Source: a virus (taxonomy: Duplodnaviria > Caudoviricetes). Taken from it: DNA of 56,479 bases. Below the pieces are notes generated by a model. It was not told where the DNA came from. It saw nothing but the letters and a program-made list of their open reading frames with translations, and did not search any database. Where the stretch lies: the IMG/VR virus record IMGVR_UViG_3300044730_001415, positions 1 through 56,479 of that record, one strand, 5' to 3'. Made by a program: the position numbers and the translations under genes. Shown here piece by piece: positions 47,401 to 53,554 of this stretch; position 1 is the first letter of the stretch, and the number at the start of each line of letters is the position of its first letter.

Positions 47401-48164
47401 GCAACGACGCTGCAGCTAAAGAACTGTCTTACGCTCTTAAGATTGTCATCAACATTGTCTATGGACTTACCAGTGCCAAATTTAGTAACGCCTTCCGAGA
47501 CCCAAAGAACATAGACAATATCGTTGCAAAACGTGGCGCGTTGTTTATGATCGACTTGAAGAATGCCGTTCAAGATAAAGGTTATACTGTCGTTCACATC
47601 AAAACGGATTCAATTAAGATCCCAGACGCAACCCCAGAAATAATCGACTTTGTCACGGAATTTGGTAAGTCGTATGGGTATGAGTTTGAGCATGAGTGCA
47701 CGTACGATAAATTCTGTCTGGTCAACGATGCGGTTTATATTGCTCGTGAGAAAGCAGAATGGACTGCAGTTGGCGCTCAGTTCCAACACCCGTATGTATT
47801 TAAATCTTTGTTCAGTGGCGAAGAGATTATATTTGCCGATTTCTGCGAGACAAAAAGTGTTACGCAAGGCGCAATGTACCTCGACTTTGGTGATGATGTT
47901 GACAATCACGACATTAACACTATGCGACATGTTGGTAGAACTGGTAGCTTTGTTCCGGTTTTATCTAATGGCGCATATTTGTGGCGCATTAAAGATGGTA
48001 AGAAATATGCAGTTGCCGGAACAAAAGGCTATCGATGGGTCGAGCGAAATGTCGCTGGTAGCAGAGACGTACTCGATATCGACATGTGCTATTTCGATGC
48101 GCTAAAAGAAGAAGCATATTCCGCTGTTGACTACTATGGATCGTTTGATCGTTTCGTATCGTAA
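44436..48164 (+). CDS. SF3 helicase - primase (AEP-like) - 3'-5' exonuclease - family B-like DNA polymerase fusion
   Basis: GPAGTGKST; IVIDFD...SQSGHGLHLHY; FYDVEV, GFNN..YD, YCSNDV; DVASMHP, KIVINIVYG, IKTDS. Confidence 0.88.
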   Translation: MDFYQISWTEPKTGPPKLFPDWVVGRSKDLMVRGRSFYAIWDEKKSLWSTDEYDVQRLVDEELQEYARKVQQERGGELPIAMNLRSFNTKIWSTFRAYMQNISDNSHPLDENLTFANTVTKKSDYASRKLPYPLEEGTTSAWDELMAVLYTEEELAKIEWAIGAVVSGDSKKIQKFLVFYGPAGTGKSTVLNIIQNLFSGYVSTFDAKALGSNNNSFATEVFRNNPLVAIQHDGDLSKIDDNTKLNSIISHEEMTINEKFKPSYTTKINAFLFMGTNQPVKISDAKSGIIRRLIDVHPSGVKVEPERYNILMKQIDFELGAIAYKCLKKYQAMGKNYYNTYRPLEMMLQTDVFYNYVEANFDLFKKQNGVSLKQAYELYKEYCSETGIDRLLPQYKFREELRNYFVKFHDRIEKDGVSIRSYYSEFKDLNPPTSLKPHESYLIDLGENTSAFNNAYGSQPAQYGKASGAPGRKWNQISTTLSDIDTSKLHFVKIPTNHIVIDFDLVDENGNKDLNLNLQAASLWPPTYSEVSQSGHGLHLHYIYTGDVQQLSNVYDVGIEIKTLLGDSSLRRRLTKCNNLGISTLSSGLPKKEKNVIDNQSIKSEKNLRALIERNLRKEIHPGTKPSIDFIQKILEDAYEGGLSYDVRDMRGRILSFAAASTNQSSACIKIVQQMKFASESSMVEPSDIDENQPLVFYDVEVYPNLFVVCWKYENDPVIVKMINPSPEQIEPLFKLRLVGFNNRRYDNHILYGRFLGESLDELYARSQKIISTPNDGLFGEAYNLSYADIYDFSSKKQGLKKFEIELDIHHMELDIPWDKPVSEDLWPLIVEYCSNDVAATEVVFKDRHQDFVARQILADLSGLSVNHTTQQHTAKIIFGEEKNPQRSFVYTNLWEQFEGYLFDGKVSSYRGEIVGEGGYVYAEPGMYDNVAVLDVASMHPTSIEVLNLFGPYTERYSELKEARLAIKRKEYDKAAGLLNGKLAKYLNGNDAAAKELSYALKIVINIVYGLTSAKFSNAFRDPKNIDNIVAKRGALFMIDLKNAVQDKGYTVVHIKTDSIKIPDATPEIIDFVTEFGKSYGYEFEHECTYDKFCLVNDAVYIAREKAEWTAVGAQFQHPYVFKSLFSGEEIIFADFCETKSVTQGAMYLDFGDDVDNHDINTMRHVGRTGSFVPVLSNGAYLWRIKDGKKYAVAGTKGYRWVERNVAGSRDVLDIDMCYFDALKEEAYSAVDYYGSFDRFVS

Positions 48165-48179
48165 GGAAGGATCTTATAC

Positions 48180-48470
48180 GTGAAATACCCAGTGGTTTAT
48201 GTGGTTTGGAAAGACCATGCCGAAGCAAACACTGAAGCCTGGGCGCAGATATCAAACCTACCATCAAACAAGCTTGTTGATGCGGTAACAATTGGATTTC
48301 TGGTTCACGAAGACGAAGAAGCCATTCAAATCTCATCGACGTACGTTAGTGAATACGGGATTTGTGGCCGACCCGATATTATTGCGAAAGCGCTAATTGT
48401 CTATCGGGTCGAGCTACAAGTAGCAGAATATAAACCAACAAAGAAAAGGGTAAGGAAAAATAATGACTAA
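48180..48470 (+). CDS. hypothetical protein
   Basis: VYVVWKDH...W...TIGFLVHEDEE. Confidence 0.6.
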   Translation: MKYPVVYVVWKDHAEANTEAWAQISNLPSNKLVDAVTIGFLVHEDEEAIQISSTYVSEYGICGRPDIIAKALIVYRVELQVAEYKPTKKRVRKNND

Positions 48471-48927
48471 CCAACGCCAATCCGTAACTATTGAAAATGC
48501 AACTATCCCTTTTAGGAACTTTTCAGGAAAAGAGGGTCCTTATAATGTCGCTGGCGACCGAGAGTTTACGGTTTTTCTAGATGAAGACAGCGCAGCAATT
48601 CTAGAGAGGGATGGCTGGAACGTAAAGTATTTAAAGCCGCGAGAAGGCGACGAAGAGCACGAGCCGAAGCCATATTTGCCGGTTAAAGTGAACTTCAAGG
48701 TTCGTCCGCCGACAGTGGTGATGATCACAAGCAACGCTCGTACTCGGTTGGACGAGGACTCCATCGGCGCTCTTGACTGGGCGGATTTTAAGCATGTGGA
48801 CCTTATTGTCACACCATATAACTGGACGTATGGCGCAAAGACAGGCACCAAAGCCTATCTCAAGTCTATGTATGTGACCATCGAAGAAGACGACCTGGCT
48901 CTTAAGTACGCGGAAGAAGGCGAATGA
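48463..48927 (+). CDS. single-stranded DNA-binding protein (phage type)
   Basis: FRNFSG....YN..G.R.F; PYNW...KAYLKSMYV; acidic C-terminus; near the polymerase gene. Confidence 0.65.
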   Translation: MTNQRQSVTIENATIPFRNFSGKEGPYNVAGDREFTVFLDEDSAAILERDGWNVKYLKPREGDEEHEPKPYLPVKVNFKVRPPTVVMITSNARTRLDEDSIGALDWADFKHVDLIVTPYNWTYGAKTGTKAYLKSMYVTIEEDDLALKYAEEGE

Positions 48928-49005
48928 CATGGGTCTTTTATATTTTGTGTCGGGATGGCTTCTGGCCGTTTTGACTTTAGAAATCGGAAGGTCGGGCAGT
49001 AAACG

Positions 49006-49386
49006 ATGAGTTTGATAAGTCATGCTCGAGAAGAACTGACTCGAATCAAAGAAGACCCCGATATGATCGAGGGATATTTGGATATTATCCAGTCGTTCGC
49101 AGATCTTAGGCTTAGTGGCTCTCAAGCAGAGCACATGATTCCTATTTTGTTTAAACTGTTGAACTTTCAGCCTTTATCTCCTCTAACCAACGATCCGGCT
49201 GAATGGACGCTAGTTACGGATGATCTCTGGCAGAGTAAACGAAATCCAGAAGCGTTCTCAAAGAATGGTGGCGGAAGCTACTATATTCTATCAGAACGCG
49301 ATATTGACCCAACAGCATTTCACGTTTCACAGCCGACCTACCTCACTATGGTCGACTTGCGGACCAATCAAGTTGTGGATTTGTGA
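49006..49386 (+). CDS. conserved phage protein
   Basis: HAREEL...SGS...PLSPLT.DP.EW...WQSKRNPEAFS. Confidence 0.65.
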   Translation: MSLISHAREELTRIKEDPDMIEGYLDIIQSFADLRLSGSQAEHMIPILFKLLNFQPLSPLTNDPAEWTLVTDDLWQSKRNPEAFSKNGGGSYYILSERDIDPTAFHVSQPTYLTMVDLRTNQVVDL

Positions 49387-49387
49387 C

Positions 49388-49693
49388 ATGGCAAAAGACT
49401 ATCAGCTTGAGGCCCGCCAGCGGGTTGTTAACTTTTTTAACGACTTCCGCTTAGAGACTGTCCCTGAGATAACGCTCGACAGCGTCTACATAGTGTGGTT
49501 TTGCAAAACACTAAAAAACTGGAAGGCGCTTGTTTCGACAATAATTCCCGATGAAATTTACTATGAAGTAACTTATAACGGGGAGACCAAAGAAACATAT
49601 TTAGACGTTTACTCAAAACAGTATAACTTTACCATTTCTGAAGACTCTGAGTCAGAAATTAATCAGGGTAGTTTAGATTTAATGTGGGAATAA
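49388..49693 (+). CDS. DUF6275-like protein
   Basis: VYIVWFCKTLKNWKALVST...YYEVTYNG...ETYLDVY. Confidence 0.7.
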   Translation: MAKDYQLEARQRVVNFFNDFRLETVPEITLDSVYIVWFCKTLKNWKALVSTIIPDEIYYEVTYNGETKETYLDVYSKQYNFTISEDSESEINQGSLDLMWE

Positions 49694-49694
49694 T

Positions 49695-49964
49695 ATGGAT
49701 ATATATCCATTGAATAAAAGTGAGAATCGCGTATTAAGCGAACATGACATTTTCGAGCGATTCAACTACAAAAAGATAGCTAGCGAAGGCACATTTTCTT
49801 ATGAGCAATTAAAGTTAGTCTACCGATTATCTTACTCGTTCAACGAAATTGCTCGCGAAGTTGATCACCTGTGTCCAAACACAGAGGCCAAAATGCTTGC
49901 TTTTAACAAACTTGAGGAAGCAATTAGCCTCGCTATTTCATCAATAAAAGAATCAAACACGTAA
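49695..49964 (+). CDS. Acb2/Tad1-like helical hairpin protein (divergent)
   Basis: RFNY...IAREVDHLCPN.EAK.LA..KLEEA...A..SI. Confidence 0.45.
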   Translation: MDIYPLNKSENRVLSEHDIFERFNYKKIASEGTFSYEQLKLVYRLSYSFNEIAREVDHLCPNTEAKMLAFNKLEEAISLAISSIKESNT

Positions 49965-49973
49965 AGGAAAATT

Positions 49974-50291
49974 ATGGAAACCGACGACAATATCTTTACT
50001 AATTTTGTGCGCAAGCCTTTCTGCGTTCAAGCGGTTCAGATTACTGCTGAAAACATTGCTGCGTTAGCGCCCCACCTTGGTGAGCTTAAGGAAAAGGACG
50101 GCGAGCTTTCGATTTTAATCGATCGTCGAATCGTCCCGAACATCAAAAAGGCATACATCAACTGGTGGGTAACAAAGCTTGACGACAACCTTCGGTGTTA
50201 TTCTCCCAAAGTGTTTGAAAAGGAGTTCACCACTTACGATGAGGCTTGGGATGGTTATTTCAACGCGCTAGGCGACCAGTTCGCTGACTAA
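49974..50291 (+). CDS. hypothetical protein; divergent paralog of 55986-56327
   Basis: FVRKPFCVQAVQ.T.EN...WWVTK...RCYSPKVFEKEF. Confidence 0.6.
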   Translation: METDDNIFTNFVRKPFCVQAVQITAENIAALAPHLGELKEKDGELSILIDRRIVPNIKKAYINWWVTKLDDNLRCYSPKVFEKEFTTYDEAWDGYFNALGDQFAD

Positions 50292-50292
50292 C

Positions 50293-50317
50293 TCGCAGAA
50301 ATTACACGGCCTATAAT
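50293..50317 (+). promoter_or_regulatory. phage promoter motif (variant)
   Basis: TCGCAGAAATTACACGGCCTATAAT. Confidence 0.75.
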
Positions 50318-50319
50318 GA

Positions 50320-50385
50320 AGGAGACGGACTGTACGTAAGTCGATACAAATTAATTTGTATTGCAGTACAGTCCGTCTCTTTTTT
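50320..50385 (+). ncRNA. candidate hairpin small RNA / attenuator
   Basis: GGAGACGGACTGTAC...GTACAGTCCGTCTCT 15-bp stem, inner ATACAAAT/ATTTGTAT stem, then T run; directly after the promoter. Confidence 0.55.
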
Positions 50386-50408
50386 ATTTCCACGACCAAA
50401 GGAGTGTT

Positions 50409-50630
50409 ATGATTTGCGTTTTCCCTGAGTGCAATTCGAATACAGACACTGACAACTGGTGCCTCAAGCATTGGGGCCTTTTCCCGCATCCTTGCGAGCG
50501 TGAGGGCTGCGAGAGTAGGTGCATCTATGACGACGAGCCGTTTTGTTTCACGCACTCTCCGGACAGCGGATCTTCCATCAAAGGATATTCCGCCTACAAG
50601 AAGTTCCGTGCTTCGCAGGAGTTGAAATGA
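50409..50630 (+). CDS. small Cys/His-rich protein
   Basis: C..PEC...WC..H...C..EGC...FC..H; AAGGAG RBS. Confidence 0.65.
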   Translation: MICVFPECNSNTDTDNWCLKHWGLFPHPCEREGCESRCIYDDEPFCFTHSPDSGSSIKGYSAYKKFRASQELK

Positions 50631-50860
50631 GAAAAGCTCTTTTTTCTCTGATGTGCCTTCTCAGTTTCACTGCCTGTGCACCAACCGACTTCAAGCCCTC
50701 TGTTGACATTAACGAGGGCGATCCGTATCCATCAGACGGCCCTATAGTTATCCGCGTGCACCTTCGACTCGGTGGTGCACCAGGTGACCGCTGTGATGCG
50801 ATGATGGGCTCTTACCAAGAGGCAAACCGAGTTTGCGTAGTCATATATCCTGGTGAGTAA
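50627..50860 (+). CDS. putative lipoprotein
   Basis: MRKALFSLMCLLSFTA|C signal peptide with lipobox-like site. Confidence 0.55.
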   Translation: MRKALFSLMCLLSFTACAPTDFKPSVDINEGDPYPSDGPIVIRVHLRLGGAPGDRCDAMMGSYQEANRVCVVIYPGE

Positions 50861-50899
50861 CAGGGTATAAAAGTTCCAACCACAGTAATAAGGAGAATA

Positions 50900-51397
50900 A
50901 TGAACAGACAAGTGTTTGTAATCCCACACGATCAATTCGAAGAAGTTGATCACCCCGAAGAAGTCACAGAGCAATCGCTTCTTTCAGTTGTTCGATGCCT
51001 CGTTGCAGAAAGTCCTGAAAAAAAGCGAATTAGCTACCCGGCCTTCTACGCAATTCCGCTGGACATCGATCAGAAACCGATCGGCGAAACGCATAGCATC
51101 TATCCCGGCGACGTGGATGACCGCTATAAAACATTCATGGAAGTGCTCGACAACGCCTGCTACATCAGTGGCTTGTTCAAAAGAATGTACGGGTTCGGCG
51201 AGGATAACGACCCTGTGATCGACAGCTTTGTCTACGTCGTTTCCACGCAGTACGGTTTTGATATTCACGACATGCGAGCTCTGAGTTTGGCGCTAACGTG
51301 TATGAATGCGATTCCGGATAACGTCCACATCTCGGCGTTTGTTGTATCGACGGACATTGATTTCTACATCATCCCGTCATTTACGTCGTTGACGTAG
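50900..51397 (+). CDS. hypothetical protein
   Basis: AAGGAG RBS, 165 aa. Confidence 0.65.
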   Translation: MNRQVFVIPHDQFEEVDHPEEVTEQSLLSVVRCLVAESPEKKRISYPAFYAIPLDIDQKPIGETHSIYPGDVDDRYKTFMEVLDNACYISGLFKRMYGFGEDNDPVIDSFVYVVSTQYGFDIHDMRALSLALTCMNAIPDNVHISAFVVSTDIDFYIIPSFTSLT

Positions 51398-51406
51398 TAA
51401 TGGTTC

Positions 51407-51490
51407 GGAAGCTAGCATGGTGCCAGATGTGACAAACCACTTGAGTTGTCAAAGAACAACATCTGATGGGTTCGATTCCCTAAGCTTCCA
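51407..51490 (+). ncRNA. tRNA-like element (non-canonical)
   Basis: Acceptor GGAAGCT/AGCTTCC-A, GGG-TTCGATT-CCC T-arm, minimal D-arm, elongated CAGATGT/ACATCTG stem in place of an anticodon arm. Confidence 0.6.
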
Positions 51491-51500
51491 CTGAAATCTA

Positions 51501-51595
51501 GTTGGTCAAGTGTCGGTAAAGGTCATATTCCGCTTACGAACTACGTAGCGCACGACGTAGGAGTGATGGCACTATATAGGGTATGACTACCAACA
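51501..51595 (+). ncRNA. candidate pseudoknotted RNA
   Basis: GTTGGT/ACCAAC; AGTGTCG/TGGCACT crossing GTCATATTC/GGGTATGAC; inner CTACGT/ACGTAG. Confidence 0.45.
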
Positions 51596-51623
51596 CATTT
51601 TCAAAACTAATCAAAGGAGAAGC

Positions 51624-51836
51624 ATGAAGCAAATTGTCCAAGACACGCTGGTGTACATCGTTGAGTTTGAGCAGCTTCCAAAACTCCCGATCGCCGCCAA
51701 TGATGAAAGTGAAGTTCCGTACGCAATGGCTCTTCAAAACGCCATTGAAGTTGGCATCATAACCAAGGGTGGAAAGTACGGAATTCACATAAACCCAAAC
51801 TCGATGAGTTACATGGTTTATGCAATCGTCGACTGA
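51624..51836 (+). CDS. hypothetical protein
   Basis: AAGGAG RBS; its stop codon lies inside the P1 loop of pistol 1. Confidence 0.65.
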   Translation: MKQIVQDTLVYIVEFEQLPKLPIAANDESEVPYAMALQNAIEVGIITKGGKYGIHINPNSMSYMVYAIVD

Positions 51837-52046
51837 GCGACGTTAAATAGGCCTTTAGGCTCAGAGCGGTATCCCAGGAAGCTGTTCCGTATGACAGCGG
51901 GTTTTTAAGACGTAAAATCTCAACATAGGCAGGACTCTTTGCGTACACGTCGCGAAATCAGCATGAGAGAAAGTAACCGAGAAACTGACTTAACTACGTA
52001 AATTTAGAGTGCGCACTCTTTAGACTCGTAGCTGGGATACATAGGT
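51827..52046 (+). ncRNA. pistol-type self-cleaving ribozyme 1 with ~154-nt insert in the P3 loop
   Basis: CGTCG-ACTGAG-CGACG-TTAAATAG-GCCT-TTAGG-CTCAGA-GCG-GTATCCCAG ... CTGGGATAC-AT-AGGT; same register as the env25 pistol as recalled. Confidence 0.8.
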
Positions 52047-52049
52047 AAC

Positions 52050-52231
52050 CGTCGACTGAGCGACGTTAAACAGGCCTTTAGGCTCAGAGCGGTGTGGGTT
52101 GTGTTCGTAGCACATAAAGCAGATAAGAGGACCGACAGGCGTTAGCAAACGCTTATGGTTTCCGGCATATCATCCTTGGTTTGATATGTACGAGGGATAC
52201 TACGAGTTACCCCTGCTTCCCACACATAGGC
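52050..52231 (+). ncRNA. pistol-type self-cleaving ribozyme 2 with ~120-nt insert in the P3 loop
   Basis: Same 42-nt core (one T>C change); P3 GTGTGGG/CCCACAC; AT; AGGC pairs with GCCT. Confidence 0.82.
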
Positions 52232-52612
52232 ATTCCGTATTCGTGTTGCAATGACGGTTGCAACAAATATGGTAAGATATTCTAGGTGTCCCTGGTATAG
52301 CGCCTAGAATCAAAGCCTTTATTATACCAGTAGGTGTCCAATACGCCTAAACCAAGCCGATCGCGACGGCAATTGGAACCGCGATACTCAGGCGGTATAG
52401 CTTACGGCGTTTCCCGTAAGACACCACTTTGGTGAAATGTAGAGCGGCGTCGACGGTACGCGGCAGCAGAAAACCGGAAGGGAGCCCCAGTCCCCTTATA
52501 CCGAAGCCTTTATGGCAACTGGCGGATCTGTTGAAAAACAGACAGAGTATTGAGCGCGCTGACAGATGATTTACCTCCTTTAATCGTCTGTCGGCGCTGC
52601 TCTACTTTGTGT
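52232..52612 (+). ncRNA. large multi-pseudoknot noncoding RNA candidate
   Basis: ORF-free; consecutive hairpins, three loop-downstream pairings, and a terminal long hairpin with loop TACCTCCTTT. Confidence 0.62.
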
Positions 52613-52619
52613 ATTTTTC

Positions 52620-52692
52620 GCCTCTTTAGCTCAGTCGGTAGAGCAGTGGACTTTTAATCCATTGGTCGTGGGTTCGAACCCCACAGGAGGCA
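52620..52692 (+). tRNA. tRNA-Lys(UUU)
   Basis: GCCTCTT/AGGAGGC acceptor; GTGGA-CTTTTAA-TCCAT; GGTTCGAACC; no encoded CCA. Confidence 0.92.
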
Positions 52693-52723
52693 CTCACCAA
52701 CCACAACAGAAAGGAACGAACGC

Positions 52724-52906
52724 ATGGTTCGTTTTTACGCCCCGGCAAATCTTTGGATTTCCTCCAGAAATCGCGACGACCAGGGAATGCCATCCGGAAA
52801 TTTGGATGGGCATATCTGGGCGGACGTCTGTCAGTGCGTCGAATGTAAAGACGCATACGTTTCGTCCTCTGGAGTAAACATCCAAAATGTTCGAGACTTG
52901 AAATAG
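52724..52906 (+). CDS. small CxxC protein
   Basis: AAGGA upstream; VCQCVEC. Confidence 0.5.
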   Translation: MVRFYAPANLWISSRNRDDQGMPSGNLDGHIWADVCQCVECKDAYVSSSGVNIQNVRDLK

Positions 52907-52912
52907 TCTCGC

Positions 52913-52939
52913 AAACCTGAGCATGTTTTAAAACTGCTC
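52913..52939 (+). other. 27-nt H-type pseudoknot motif
   Basis: AAAC-CTGAGCAT-GTTT-TAAAAC-TGCTC. Confidence 0.7.
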
Positions 52940-52967
52940 ACTCACCAACCACAACCAAGGAGGAGTA

Positions 52968-53165
52968 ATGAAAGCCATCAACATCAACCGGACAACTCAG
53001 CGTTATATTGCTGAGATGTACAACGAAGGGGTTGTGCCTCAGATAGAAGTGGAACCAACGTACTATATCGTTGTTGATGACGGTCCAAATCTGATCGTCG
53101 ACAGACACGAGTACGTTCGCGTCTGGAAAGACAAAGTCGACGTGGACATCATCGCGGTTGTCTGA
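52968..53165 (+). CDS. hypothetical protein
   Basis: AGGAGG RBS. Confidence 0.7.
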   Translation: MKAININRTTQRYIAEMYNEGVVPQIEVEPTYYIVVDDGPNLIVDRHEYVRVWKDKVDVDIIAVV

Positions 53166-53172
53166 GGTTTTG

Positions 53173-53199
53173 GAACCTGAGCATGTTTTAAAACTGCTC
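53173..53199 (+). other. 27-nt H-type pseudoknot motif
   Basis: GAAC-CTGAGCAT-GTTT-TAAAAC-TGCTC. Confidence 0.7.
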
Positions 53200-53253
53200 T
53201 CTTTTTCTTGTTGCACTTAATACCTAATCAACCCAAACAGGAGGAAACACCCA

Positions 53254-53547
53254 ATGGCCATTCCCGAGAACTTCGTGTTCATGAAGAACCCGCCAACAAA
53301 TAAAAGAGGTACCAAGAGCAAGTACGAATCCATTGCGGACGCCTGCCGACGGCATCCCAACATGTGGACTGTCTTCAACACTGACGTCAGCTACGGAATG
53401 ACCACTGCCTTCAAAAAGCAGTTCCCCGGGTTCGAGTTCACGTCAAGAGCAAACCCGCCTGACGGCAACCGCACTACGGTGACCATCTACGGTCGATTTG
53501 TCGAAGAAGTCGACCTAGAACTGGAAGCGCTGCTGGACGAGGAATAA
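53254..53547 (+). CDS. hypothetical protein (possible DNA-binding)
   Basis: AGGAGG RBS; SKYESIA..C..HP..W...GFEFTSR...IYGRFV. Confidence 0.7.
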   Translation: MAIPENFVFMKNPPTNKRGTKSKYESIADACRRHPNMWTVFNTDVSYGMTTAFKKQFPGFEFTSRANPPDGNRTTVTIYGRFVEEVDLELEALLDEE

Positions 53548-53554
53548 ATCTCGA

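Noticed and set aside
51921-51930. Alternative pistol cleavage site CAACATAGGC inside insert 1
   Set aside because: It could close P2 but gives only about 2 bp of P3, versus 9 bp for the 52032-52046 site.
52232-52612. tmRNA, RNase P RNA or a 16S rRNA fragment
   Set aside because: No tmRNA acceptor/T-arm ends, no GAGGAAAGUCC motif, and similarity to 16S is limited to the short anti-SD stretch.
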